Origin: an uncultured Candidatus Bathyarchaeia archaeon
GTDB lineage: Archaea > Thermoproteota > Bathyarchaeia > Hecatellales > Hecatellaceae
Reading direction: 5' to 3'
Assembly: GCA_964485425.1 (NCBI GenBank)
Contig: CAZAJK010000001.1
Coordinates: 1 to 43,290, forward strand
DNA: 43,290 nt
In this document: piece after piece, positions 8,777 to 17,405 of the stretch
Position numbering within the stretch: position 1 is the first letter of the stretch
Layout: each line of letters starts with the position of its first letter
The notes under the pieces: model-generated
Database searches by the model: none
The model's input: the letters and a program-made list of their open reading frames with translations, nothing else
Told to the model about the DNA's origin: nothing
Made by a program: the position numbers and the translations under genes

Positions 8777-9388
8777 CTACTCCACCTTTATGGGTTCACC
8801 CATAGGTTTAGGCTTCTCCCTTTTAGGCAGGTAAACCTCTAGCAGCCCATCAGCGTAGGTTGACCTGCCAGCTTTAGCGTCAACCTCCACCGGGAGTGGA
8901 ATCTCCCTGCGGTAGCTTCTGCCCCTACCCTCAGCTAAAACCGTTAAAGTCCGCTCGGTGGCTGTAACCGTAATTTTATCTTTCAAAGCCCCTGGAAGCT
9001 CCACTACCACCTTAATCTCTCCATCCAAATTTTCAAGCTCATAGAGGGGTTCTCTAACCTCAAGCACGCTGAAAGGTATGCTCACAGCCTTAACCAGCGT
9101 GGAAGGCTTAACGTTTCCAAACCTTTGAATTAGGGGTCTGCCTTCAGCGTCGAGTTTAAAGGCTAAACCTGCGATAAAGGGTCCGAACTCCTTAACGGTT
9201 CTCCCGTCTGGAAGTTTACGTTCTCTCACTAGGGACGATGGTGCAAGTTTAACTAGTCTTCGAAGCAGGCCTTCAAAGAATTCTTCAGCCTCTCCAAGCG
9301 GAAGCTTAGATGGCAGGCTTAGAAGCATTAAGCCGAAGGTTAATAGGGGATGTCTCCTAGCCATCCTCAGCCAGTCATCCCACTCCAA
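8777..9388 (-). CDS. Hsp20/alpha-crystallin-domain protein with N-terminal extension
   Basis: C-terminal ACD-like segment VVVELPGALKDKITVTATERTLTVLAEGRG...YRREIPLPVEVDAKAGRSTYADGLLEVYLPK. The start is either TTG 9388 or ATG 9364. Confidence 0.6.
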   Translation of the reverse strand: MEWDDWLRMARRHPLLTFGLMLLSLPSKLPLGEAEEFFEGLLRRLVKLAPSSLVRERKLPDGRTVKEFGPFIAGLAFKLDAEGRPLIQRFGNVKPSTLVKAVSIPFSVLEVREPLYELENLDGEIKVVVELPGALKDKITVTATERTLTVLAEGRGRSYRREIPLPVEVDAKAGRSTYADGLLEVYLPKREKPKPMGEPIKVE

Positions 9389-9429
9389 GCCTTCATCTCC
9401 CCTCTTTTAGCCTTGAACAACCGAAGCCT

Positions 9430-10179
9430 TTAAGCTTTCCTAGAACCTTCAGCCTCCACCATTCTTACAGCCTCAACAACTCCTGAAACCAGCGCCTTAA
9501 GGATGGCCTCACCCTTCTCCCTGCTAGCCTTAGTCGCATCCCCCATCACCCCTGTTTCCATATATCGAGCTGGGTTTAAAACGACCAAATGCCTAGGGAG
9601 CTTAGGATGCTCAGCCCTAGCAAGCTCAGCCTTGACAAGGCTAGGCCTTAAAACCAGCATGAGCGAGGTTTCCATCTCCCCAGCGTGGAGGTCGGAGGGG
9701 TCTTCAAGGAGGCCTCCAACCTGCTCCCTCAAAACCTCTAAAACTCTGACGATGGCCATGCGGAGGTCAGGGTTTTCCCTGACAAGCTTTTGGGCTGTGA
9801 GTTCGAGGCCTACTAGCTGAGCCGCCCCCAAATGGCCTGGAACCAGCACAATGTTTCTTACGCCATGTCGATGGAGGCTTAAACATATTTCTTCAACCAG
9901 CTTCTGCAGGGTTTCCATGCTTATTGTCAGGGTTCCGGGGAAGAAGGCTGTGGTTCGACATACCCCGTAGGGGAGGGGTGGAGCCACGAAAACCCTAACC
10001 TGCCTAGCAGCCCTCACAGCCACCTCGTAGGCTATGATGGTGTCGGTTAAAAGTGGAAGGTGAAAACCGTGCTCCTCCGTAGACCCTAAAGGTAGGAGGG
10101 CCGTTCGAACCCCCGACTCCACAGCCTGCTTGAAGTCATGCCAAGTTAATTCTTCTAGGAGTAAAGGCTTGTTTTCCAA
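9430..10179 (-). CDS. creatininase-family amidohydrolase (ArfB/MptB-like)
   Basis: LPLGSTEEHGFHLPLLTD and HAGEMETS motifs of the creatinine amidohydrolase family. TTG start with GGTGA 6 nt upstream. Confidence 0.8.
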   Translation of the reverse strand: MENKPLLLEELTWHDFKQAVESGVRTALLPLGSTEEHGFHLPLLTDTIIAYEVAVRAARQVRVFVAPPLPYGVCRTTAFFPGTLTISMETLQKLVEEICLSLHRHGVRNIVLVPGHLGAAQLVGLELTAQKLVRENPDLRMAIVRVLEVLREQVGGLLEDPSDLHAGEMETSLMLVLRPSLVKAELARAEHPKLPRHLVVLNPARYMETGVMGDATKASREKGEAILKALVSGVVEAVRMVEAEGSRKA

Positions 10180-10244
10180 GGGGCTTCACCTTAGCAAAGA
10201 ATAATATATTGCAGGCTCTTATTATTTGTATGGAGGCTTCGAAA

Positions 10245-10922
10245 ATGCCCACCCTAAACACCGGGCTGATAATTTCGGGAGGATATGCTGACAAGGTTAG
10301 GAAAACCCTCTTCGCCCAGCTTAGGTCAGCCGTAGGAAGCGGATCCATAAGCTCTCAGGAGGTGGCGAGGGCGGTAGCCGAGCTAAATCAAGCCCTCTAC
10401 GGCATTTTGGTTGACAAGCTTAAGGCGGAGAGGGGGGACGTGGTTAGGGTTAGGGTAGACTATGAGGTGGCTGAGGGGAGGGTTCAATGGCTCTGGAACA
10501 CCCTCCGCATAGAGCTTTTCAGGAGAGTTCCAGATGAAGAGGTAGCCCGCCAGGTGGCTGAAGCCCTAGCGGAAGCTGAAAAGGCGGCTAAGGCTGTAGA
10601 GGCCTATACTGTTAAGAGGGCGGTTACCACCAGTTTGGGTGACAGCCTTTACCGGGTACTCCTAGAGGACAGGAGAGTGGGGATTTTCATGGCTAGCAGG
10701 CTTGGAGAGGAGGCTGTGGTTAAAGGAGCCACGGTTGAGCCTGCCCCAACCATAATTGAAGGCTACAAGCTTAATCTTCAGGGTCGAAGCCTCGACGAGG
10801 CTATAGCCAGAGAAGTCAGCAGCATAATCCAGTCTGGGAGAAAAACAAGCCCTGACGAAGCTGAAAAGGCTTTGAAGGAGCTTGAAGCCATCATTGAAGC
10901 TGAGGCCGGCAAAGCTTCTTAA
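10245..10922 (+). CDS. conserved archaeal hypothetical protein (possibly DUF2258-like)
   Basis: I chose ATG 10245 because GGAGG (10232-10236) lies 8 nt upstream and AT-rich TATA-like sequence lies at 10201-10228. The N-terminus TGLIISGGYADKVRKTLFAQL resembles an archaea-only family, from memory only. Confidence 0.55.
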   Translation: MPTLNTGLIISGGYADKVRKTLFAQLRSAVGSGSISSQEVARAVAELNQALYGILVDKLKAERGDVVRVRVDYEVAEGRVQWLWNTLRIELFRRVPDEEVARQVAEALAEAEKAAKAVEAYTVKRAVTTSLGDSLYRVLLEDRRVGIFMASRLGEEAVVKGATVEPAPTIIEGYKLNLQGRSLDEAIAREVSSIIQSGRKTSPDEAEKALKELEAIIEAEAGKAS

Positions 10923-11799
10923 GAGCTAGGCCAAGCTCTCTAATCGTCTCAACCGAGTAATCTTGAGGATGGGAGAAAACTATATGCGACACCCCTAACT
11001 CGGCTAAGGAGCAAACAAACTCGTTAAGCCTCTCAGCCTCCAGGCAAATGGAAAAGTCTTTTAGAAGCTCGTTGGAAAGCTTCTCGGAGGCCTCTTCAAC
11101 CTCCAGCCCCTCCAAGTGTTCCTGAACCCTTAGAAAGCTCTTCAACGCTTTTGAAGCCCTAAGCAGCGCTAGGGCCGCCGCCTTCCTTAAGAGGCAGTAA
11201 ACCTCCTCCTTAAACGTTTGGTAGACGTAGGCTGAGGCTATTACGCCTATTCTAGTTTCTTCAGGGGTTAACCCTGAGACCTTTAAAGCCCATTTCACAA
11301 GCCTTGGAGAAGCCATATTAAGTAAAACGGCTTCAAAAGCTCTCGCAGTCCTAAGCATCCGCGGCCCCTGAGCTCCAAGCCATATCCTACACTTTAAACC
11401 TTCAACCTTCAGCCTACTCTCAACAGCCTTCCTAACCTCCAAAGACGTTTCCGCCAGCCTTCTAAACCTTTCAGCTGAAATCCCAGCCTCCACAAGCTGC
11501 TTCCTATCTCCCGGAATTAAACAGAGTTCAAACCTATCCCCAAACCTTCGGCTTAAAGAAGCCATCACCGCTGAGATTTCCTCAAAGCTTTGGAGGAGAG
11601 GGCTGAATCCTAGCCCTAACCTGATTTTTGAAGTCACCTCCGCCACGGCTTCAGCTAGCTGGCCTGGACCTGCAAGATTCCTCCGCTGGAAAAACCAGAG
11701 GCAGTCTAAGCCTTGTCTCTCAGCCTCTACAGCCTTTTCCAAAACTTCTTCCGGGCTTTGAGCAGCCATAGCTAGGCCGAAGGTTAGCCTTTCAACCAT
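10891..11799 (-). CDS. LLM-class (luciferase-like, Mer/F420-dependent-like) oxidoreductase
   Basis: TIM-barrel LLM pattern: FGL...AVEAERQGLDCLWFFQ at the N-terminus, GAQGPRMLRTARAFEAVLLN in the middle, and LAELGVSHIVFS at the C-terminus. Confidence 0.55.
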   Translation of the reverse strand: MVERLTFGLAMAAQSPEEVLEKAVEAERQGLDCLWFFQRRNLAGPGQLAEAVAEVTSKIRLGLGFSPLLQSFEEISAVMASLSRRFGDRFELCLIPGDRKQLVEAGISAERFRRLAETSLEVRKAVESRLKVEGLKCRIWLGAQGPRMLRTARAFEAVLLNMASPRLVKWALKVSGLTPEETRIGVIASAYVYQTFKEEVYCLLRKAAALALLRASKALKSFLRVQEHLEGLEVEEASEKLSNELLKDFSICLEAERLNEFVCSLAELGVSHIVFSHPQDYSVETIRELGLALKKLCRPQLQ

Positions 11800-11814
11800 T
11801 CTAGGGCATGCCTC

Positions 11815-12669
11815 TTAGAAGGTTAAGTCTCCAAGCAAAACCTTAACTATCTCTGGGAGAATTAGGTTAGCTGTCTCAGCGCTAGCCCCACCCATAACTA
11901 CGATTAAATATCTGCCTTCACAAACCTCGTCAGCCAGCTTTTTCACCTTGTAAGCCAGTCTAGGGTAGAAATTAACGGTTAACCCTCTATCCCCATAGTC
12001 GCCTTGACAAGTATCATAGCCAAAGGAGTGGAGGATGGCTGCAGGCTTAAATTTCCGCACCCTTGAGGCAAACTCAGCCTCCACTAGTTCCAAATATTTT
12101 TCGTCGGTTGTTTGCCAGCCTACGTTGACATCCACCTTTAACCCGCCTTCCTCCACACTATTATAGCTGCAGAAGCAGACATGCAGTATATCCTGGTCTC
12201 CCCTAAACATTTCCCTATCCCCGTCAGCATGATGGCTATCCGTGTCGATTATGGCGAATCTTGAAACCCCATACTTGGCTCGAAGATTTTTCACAGCTGG
12301 GCCGAAACAGGACAGGTAGGTTCCACCCCAAGCTGCATCTGGGCCTGCATGATGCCCCGCAGCCACATTAAAAACCAGGGCGCTTCCAACCTCGCCGAGC
12401 CAAATCTTCTCTAAGGCTTCCACGCAGCCTCCAACGGCAAGCCTGGCACCCTCATAATACCATGCTCGACTCACGTTTCTGAGCAGGTGTTCGCTGTGAA
12501 CCTGTCTTAGCAGGCTTTCATCCACGGGTTTAGGTTCATAGAAAATTACCCTCCGGTCTTTGAGGAGCCCTCCAAAGGCTTCAGGGAAGCCTGCAAACCT
12601 CTCGCCGATGATAGGCCAGTCAAACCCTTTAAACTTCTCAGTGAAGAAGACTCCAACAGGTTTAGCCAA
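11815..12669 (-). CDS. histone deacetylase / acetoin-utilisation (AcuC) superfamily deacetylase
   Basis: AAGHHAGPD, IIDTDSHHADGD and SFGYDTCQGD motifs of the arginase/deacetylase fold. TTG start with GGGAGGG 8 nt upstream. Confidence 0.75.
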   Translation of the reverse strand: MAKPVGVFFTEKFKGFDWPIIGERFAGFPEAFGGLLKDRRVIFYEPKPVDESLLRQVHSEHLLRNVSRAWYYEGARLAVGGCVEALEKIWLGEVGSALVFNVAAGHHAGPDAAWGGTYLSCFGPAVKNLRAKYGVSRFAIIDTDSHHADGDREMFRGDQDILHVCFCSYNSVEEGGLKVDVNVGWQTTDEKYLELVEAEFASRVRKFKPAAILHSFGYDTCQGDYGDRGLTVNFYPRLAYKVKKLADEVCEGRYLIVVMGGASAETANLILPEIVKVLLGDLTF

Positions 12670-12690
12670 GCGTTTAGCCCTCCCTGGAGT

Positions 12691-12769
12691 TGGTGCGGCC
12701 GGCGGGATTTGAACCCGCGATCTGGGGCTTGGAGGGCCCCCATCCTAGTCCAGACTAGACCACGGCCGC
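12691..12769 (-). tRNA. tRNA-Gly (anticodon UCC) with encoded CCA and unusual C33
   Basis: Hand-folded cloverleaf. Acceptor GCGGCCG/CGGCCGC. D-arm GTCT-AGTCTGGACTA-GGAT. Anticodon arm GGGGC-CCTCCAA-GCCCC. Variable loop AGATC. T-arm GCGGG-TTCAAAT-CCCGC. Discriminator A followed by CCA. Confidence 0.85.
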
Positions 12770-12797
12770 CCAGAAGCCATTAATGGTTTAAGGAAAT

Positions 12798-12811
12798 CTT
12801 AAACTTTTAAG
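12798..12811. promoter_or_regulatory. near-palindromic AT-rich element, candidate bidirectional TATA box for tRNA-Gly (minus) and ORF 12824 (plus)
   Basis: CTTAAACTTTTAAG matches its own reverse complement at 12 of 14 positions. It is centred about 35 nt from the tRNA 5' end and about 20 nt from ATG 12824. Confidence 0.3.
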
Positions 12812-12823
12812 GGTTAGCCCGCC

Positions 12824-13645
12824 ATGGCTGTTGAAGGCTTCGCCTACAAGCTAAGCGAAACCACCCCTAGCCAGATAGTCAACCTACTAGCCCAAGCCCC
12901 CAACCATACAAGCCTACACTTCATCGACGCGGAGCATAGGCCTATCCCCCTCGAAGCGTACCTAACCATTCTTAAAGCCTGTAAGAGGAGGGGTTTTCGA
13001 GCTGTTCTAACCGTTCAGCTGCTCAGGCCTGAGGGAATCCAAACCGTTGAAAACTTTCTCCAAGCGGTTTCAGGTTTGGAAAGGTGGGCTGGCCTAGCCC
13101 TGGTTCCCGGCGTGGTTAACCATTACTTTAAGCTTGAAAGTTCGAACCTAGCTGGGCTCTGGCGTGAAAGGATTTTCCAGGTTTTGCCGAGGCTTTCCCA
13201 GAAAGGTTTACCCGTCTTCCTGGGCGGTTCGGGGAGAAAAATGGTGGAGGCGAATGTTGAGGCGTGGCGGAAGTTTTCCTGGGTGAAGCTTTACGCCCTC
13301 CAAGGGCTTCATGAAAAATATGCGGAGGCTGGGGAGGCCCTATACGTTTACCTACCTTTAACCGTCTGCCAAAGCCTCGGGGAAGCAGCCAGAATCTACG
13401 CCAACTATATTGCTAGGAGGCTTAAAACCGCCGACCACTTCTTAAAGGAGCTTGAAAAAAGCCATGTCGCACTTCAGCTGGCTGAACGCTTTATAGCTTA
13501 TGCTCCACCGGGGCGAATCGCCGAAACCCTTCAAAAGTTTAAGGATAGGATGGTGGTGAAGGTTTCAGGCCTAGCTGAGCCCGCAGAAGCCTACCTGCAG
13601 GTTTTCCAAGAGTTAAAACTCTCTTTCCACAAGGATTCGGGCTAG
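12824..13645 (+). CDS. hypothetical protein (weakly LLM/TIM-barrel-like)
   Basis: 273-aa ATG ORF. Only faint resemblance to LLM proteins (FLGGSGRKMVEANVEAW and a C-terminal helical part). Its 3' end overlaps the GGPP synthase 3' end by 33 nt. Confidence 0.5.
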   Translation: MAVEGFAYKLSETTPSQIVNLLAQAPNHTSLHFIDAEHRPIPLEAYLTILKACKRRGFRAVLTVQLLRPEGIQTVENFLQAVSGLERWAGLALVPGVVNHYFKLESSNLAGLWRERIFQVLPRLSQKGLPVFLGGSGRKMVEANVEAWRKFSWVKLYALQGLHEKYAEAGEALYVYLPLTVCQSLGEAARIYANYIARRLKTADHFLKELEKSHVALQLAERFIAYAPPGRIAETLQKFKDRMVVKVSGLAEPAEAYLQVFQELKLSFHKDSG

Positions 13646-14581
13646 GGTTTCCAGGCTTCTTCTCGCAGGAGTCTCTGGTAGAGCCTTAAGCTTCCCTAGG
13701 GCTTGTTCCACGTATTCCTTAGCCTTCCTCTTCGCATATTCGATGCCGCCAAGCCTTACAATCAAGTCTATGGCTTCAGCTATTTGCTCCCTGCTTTTTG
13801 AGCCAGCTGCCTCAAGGATTTCCCTCCGCTGAACGCTGTCAGCCTTTGAGAGGGCGTAAATAATGGGCATGGTTTTCTTTCCTTCTCTGAGGTCGCTGCC
13901 CACGGGTTTCCCAAGCTTTCTCTCGTCGGCTATAAGCCCTAAAACGTCGTCTACCATTTGGAAGCCTATGCCTGCCAGGCGTCCGTATTCGCCTAGAGCC
14001 CCCACCATGCTCTCGTCCGCTCCACCTATGAGGGCTCCAACCTCGGCTGAGGCTTTGAAAAGGTAGGCGGTCTTCCGCTCCACCATGGCCAAATACTCTT
14101 CCTCTGAAACCTCCCCCCGACCTTCAAACTCCATGTCGAGCATTTGACCCTCACAGATTTTCCCCGTAGCGTCGGCTAGGGTTTCAACCACCCTAGCTAT
14201 GGTTTCCTCCGAAATCTCTAACTCTCTCAGCCCTCTAGAGGCTGCCAGAAAAACCTTTGAGAAGAGGAAGTCCCCCGCGATGATGGCTGTGGGGACACCC
14301 CACCTAGCATGAACCGACGGCTGACCTCTCCTCACCAAATCCTCATCGATAATGTCGTCGTGGATTAGGGTGAAGGTGTGAAGCATCTCGACGGCTGCAG
14401 CGGCTGGAACAGCCTTCTCCCAGCTTCCACCCACAGCCTCGCAAGCCTTTAAAACCAGGTAAGGCCTCAACATTTTGCCTCCAGACTTGAAGAGGTGGGC
14501 AGAAGCCTCGTAAAGAGTTTTAGCGGGACTGAAGCCTGCCTCAACAAGGCTGCTAATGTAGGCTTTAACCCTCTCAGCCAT
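13613..14581 (-). CDS. idsA: geranylgeranyl diphosphate synthase (trans-polyprenyl synthetase)
   Basis: First Asp-rich motif LIHDDIIDED, second FQMVDDVLG, and GKMLRP. I chose ATG 14581, 10 nt after the DUF35 stop. Upstream in-frame ATGs at 14626 and 14716 would overlap DUF35. Confidence 0.85.
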   Translation of the reverse strand: MAERVKAYISSLVEAGFSPAKTLYEASAHLFKSGGKMLRPYLVLKACEAVGGSWEKAVPAAAAVEMLHTFTLIHDDIIDEDLVRRGQPSVHARWGVPTAIIAGDFLFSKVFLAASRGLRELEISEETIARVVETLADATGKICEGQMLDMEFEGRGEVSEEEYLAMVERKTAYLFKASAEVGALIGGADESMVGALGEYGRLAGIGFQMVDDVLGLIADERKLGKPVGSDLREGKKTMPIIYALSKADSVQRREILEAAGSKSREQIAEAIDLIVRLGGIEYAKRKAKEYVEQALGKLKALPETPARRSLETLARILVEREF

Positions 14582-14591
14582 CTGGCCTAGG

Positions 14592-14999
14592 TCACTTAGC
14601 CATCCTAGGCCTGAACTTGTATCCATACTCAATGATACCCTCCACTCCTGCCTCCCTAACCTTTCTAAAAACCATTTCCACGGGCATACCAACCTGAACC
14701 TCCTCGGGAAAAACATCTACGATTTGGGTTAAAATTTTCACCCCATCCTCAAGCTCAACCAGCCCAACCACGTAGGGGGTTTGAAATTCGTAGCCTCGAG
14801 GGGGGTCGTCTTTCACCACCGTGTAGGCGAGAAGCCTCCCCTTCTCGCTTAACTTATACTCCTCAAGGTTTTTACTCCCACAGCGGCTGCAGATAGGCCT
14901 CCTCGGGAAGTAAACTGCTCCGCATCTGGGGCATCTAACCCCTATAAGCCTATACCTATACTTGGATTCCCTCCAATACCTTGGCACGCTAACATGCAT
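14592..14999 (-). CDS. DUF35 OB-fold/zinc-ribbon protein (scaffold of the archaeal thiolase/HMG-CoA synthase complex)
   Basis: Zn ribbon CPRCGAVYFPRRPICSRCGS followed by an OB-fold segment. Positioned directly after the thiolase, as in other archaea. Confidence 0.85.
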   Translation of the reverse strand: MHVSVPRYWRESKYRYRLIGVRCPRCGAVYFPRRPICSRCGSKNLEEYKLSEKGRLLAYTVVKDDPPRGYEFQTPYVVGLVELEDGVKILTQIVDVFPEEVQVGMPVEMVFRKVREAGVEGIIEYGYKFRPRMAK

Positions 15000-15001
15000 G
15001 T

Positions 15002-16156
15002 TTAGGCCCTCCTCAAAACGGTTACCGTGGCGAAGGAGTAGAGGCCTCCAAGGCTTTGGGCAACCCCAATTTCAGCGTTTGGAACCTGGTTTTCCCCGGC
15101 TTCCCCCCTAAGCTGCCAGAAAACCTCGACGACCTGGTAGAGGCTGGTGGCTCCTCCAGGGTTACCTCGAGCCTTAACCCCACCCATGGTGTTGGTGGGA
15201 AGCCTACCATTGATGGAAAGCTGGCCTTCAAAGGCAAGCTTAGCAGCCTCACCCCTCCCAGCCAAACCTAAATCCTCAAGGCAGATTAGGCCTACCACGT
15301 CAGCCACATCGTAGACCTCAACCAGGTTTAAATCCCTAGGGGTTATCCCAGCCCTCCTGTAGGCTTTTTCAGCCGCAAGCCTTACAGCCTTAAAGGATAA
15401 GAGGTCTTCAGCCTCGGTTAAAATGAAGTCCCCTACGGCTGAGGCTGCAGCCGCCACCTCAACAGGCTTATCCGTATATTGCTCAGCCTCCTCCCAAGGG
15501 CAGACTAGGACGGCTGCCGCCCCATCTGCAGGGCTTGAAGCCTCCAACAGCCTTAAAGGTTCAGCCACTATCGGAGACCTCAAAACCTGCTCCACGGTTA
15601 TCTTGCTCCTATATTGGGCGTAGGGGTTTCCAACCGCATGCATGTGGCTGTTCACAGCCATGGCTGCCACCTCCTCATGGGTTACATTAAACCTTTCACG
15701 GTAGAGGCTGTGAAGGATGGCAGCTAAACCTCTAAGGGTTACCCCAGTGTAGGCTATATATTCCTGCTCTATCCCCGACATGAGTGCTTTGGCAAGCTCC
15801 GAGCCAACAACATCCGAAAGCTTATCGACTGCTAGGGCTAGGGCTAGCGAAGCTTCGCCTGAAGCCACAGCTCTGCAGGCCTCATAGAGGGCTAAGGCTC
15901 CAGAGGCATCTGAAGCCTCCACCCCTACGGCTTCAACCCCCTTCATGGCTAGGCTGTCAGCCACCATGGGGGCAAAGTTTCCTTGACCCTGGATAAGCTG
16001 GGAGAAAGCCGAACCCACAGCTACGAAATCTACCTTGGAAGCTTTAGCCGAGTTTAAAACCTTTAAAGCTGCTTCTACGGCTAGGTCCCTGAAAGATTTA
16101 TCCCAGAATTCGCCTACAGGGGTGCAGCCAGCGGCTACCAGAGCTACTTTACCCAT
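15002..16156 (-). CDS. acetyl-CoA acetyltransferase (archaeal thiolase)
   Basis: 384-aa thiolase-fold protein in the conserved HMGS-thiolase-DUF35 gene order. SD GGTGGAG lies 4 nt before the ATG. Confidence 0.9.
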   Translation of the reverse strand: MGKVALVAAGCTPVGEFWDKSFRDLAVEAALKVLNSAKASKVDFVAVGSAFSQLIQGQGNFAPMVADSLAMKGVEAVGVEASDASGALALYEACRAVASGEASLALALAVDKLSDVVGSELAKALMSGIEQEYIAYTGVTLRGLAAILHSLYRERFNVTHEEVAAMAVNSHMHAVGNPYAQYRSKITVEQVLRSPIVAEPLRLLEASSPADGAAAVLVCPWEEAEQYTDKPVEVAAAASAVGDFILTEAEDLLSFKAVRLAAEKAYRRAGITPRDLNLVEVYDVADVVGLICLEDLGLAGRGEAAKLAFEGQLSINGRLPTNTMGGVKARGNPGGATSLYQVVEVFWQLRGEAGENQVPNAEIGVAQSLGGLYSFATVTVLRRA

Positions 16157-16231
16157 CTAACTCCACCATGGCGGTTGAAGGGTGTAGGCTAACCCAAACC
16201 TGTTGCGGAGCATATTAAAAATTGTGGGGGC

Positions 16232-17281
16232 CTACATTTGAAGCCTTATCTTACCCCTAAACTTGGCGTAGGAGGCGTAGTCGACATACTTCTTCCTGTT
16301 AATGAGCTGGGAAACCAGGGGGGCTGGATTCCCGCGGTTTGGAGGATTTTTCACTAGGAGGCTGAAAGCGTCGCTTCCAGCCCCCGAACCATAGGAAACC
16401 ACGAGGATGCGGTCTCCAGGCTTAGCAGCATCCAATACGGCTGCCAGCCCTAGGAGGCTGTTTCCAGCATAGGTGTTGCCTATGTAGGGGGCTAGGTATC
16501 CAGGCTTAAGCTGCTCCTCTCTAAAGCCTAACATGAGGCCTACCTTAAGTGGAAACTTAGCATTAGGCTGATGGAAAACCGCGTAAGTGTAGTCTTCGGG
16601 GCTGGTTCCAAGCTCGCTCATAAGCATTCTAGCAGCCGAAATAATATGCCTAAAATAGGAGGGAACACCTGTGAAACGTTCAGCATGCTTGGGATAGCAT
16701 TGTTCAGCCCTCCTCCAGAAGTCTGGGGTATCGGTTACATAGGAGGCTGAACCCTCCACTATGGCTATGGCCTCATCTGAGGCTGGGCCAACAATATATG
16801 CAGCCCCGCCACATGAAGCCGTATATTCTAAATCGTCTGAAGGGGGGCTTTGAGCAGTATCAACCCCAATAGCCAAACCATACTTAACCATTCCTGAGGA
16901 AACCAGCCCAATACAAACCTGTAAGGCTTCGGTTCCAGCCTTACATGCAAACTCCATGTCGGCGGTTACAATGTTGGGTGGGGCCCCTATGGCTGCCGCC
17001 ACAATGGTTCCGCAGGGCTTAACCGCGTAGGGTTTAGACTCTGAACCAACATATATGGCTCCAATTTCGGCGGGGTTAACCCCTGAGCTGGCTAGGGCGT
17101 AGCGGGCTGCCTCCGTAGCCATGGTTACCGCGTCTTCGTCAATGTGGGCTACGGCTATTTCCGCGGTGGTTAAACCGTTTCCGTCTCTACCCCAAAGCCT
17201 AGCCACCTCGGCAGACTTAAGCCTAAAGGTTGGAATGTAGGCCCCATAGCCTATGATGGCTGTTGCACTCCTAGCCTTCAA
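16232..17281 (-). CDS. hydroxymethylglutaryl-CoA synthase (archaeal type)
   Basis: IGYGAYIPTFRL N-terminus, a condensing-enzyme fold of about 350 aa, and conserved order with thiolase/DUF35. TTG start. Confidence 0.9.
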   Translation of the reverse strand: MKARSATAIIGYGAYIPTFRLKSAEVARLWGRDGNGLTTAEIAVAHIDEDAVTMATEAARYALASSGVNPAEIGAIYVGSESKPYAVKPCGTIVAAAIGAPPNIVTADMEFACKAGTEALQVCIGLVSSGMVKYGLAIGVDTAQSPPSDDLEYTASCGGAAYIVGPASDEAIAIVEGSASYVTDTPDFWRRAEQCYPKHAERFTGVPSYFRHIISAARMLMSELGTSPEDYTYAVFHQPNAKFPLKVGLMLGFREEQLKPGYLAPYIGNTYAGNSLLGLAAVLDAAKPGDRILVVSYGSGAGSDAFSLLVKNPPNRGNPAPLVSQLINRKKYVDYASYAKFRGKIRLQM

Positions 17282-17405
17282 CCTCCACCCAAATCCTCCT
17301 CTTTAAACTCCTAAACTTTCTAGCCTAATCCACCCTTGAAGGTTCGCCTAACAGTGGGCTTAATGATGCTTAAAAAGGCTTCGGTCGCCTTTCACCATTA
17401 CAGGC

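Noticed and set aside
12546-12743. 65-aa ORF overlapping the tRNA
   Set aside because: It spans the tRNA-Gly gene and the 5' end of the deacetylase gene, so it is explained by those features.
17340-17400. C/D-box sRNA candidates (AATGATGC at about 17362; CTGATGT at 23621-23627; GTGATGG...CTGA at 20553-20566)
   Set aside because: None has a full C box (RUGAUGA) paired with a D box (CUGA) at the right distance, and none has terminal complementarity. The third is better explained as the SD of the Tes gene.
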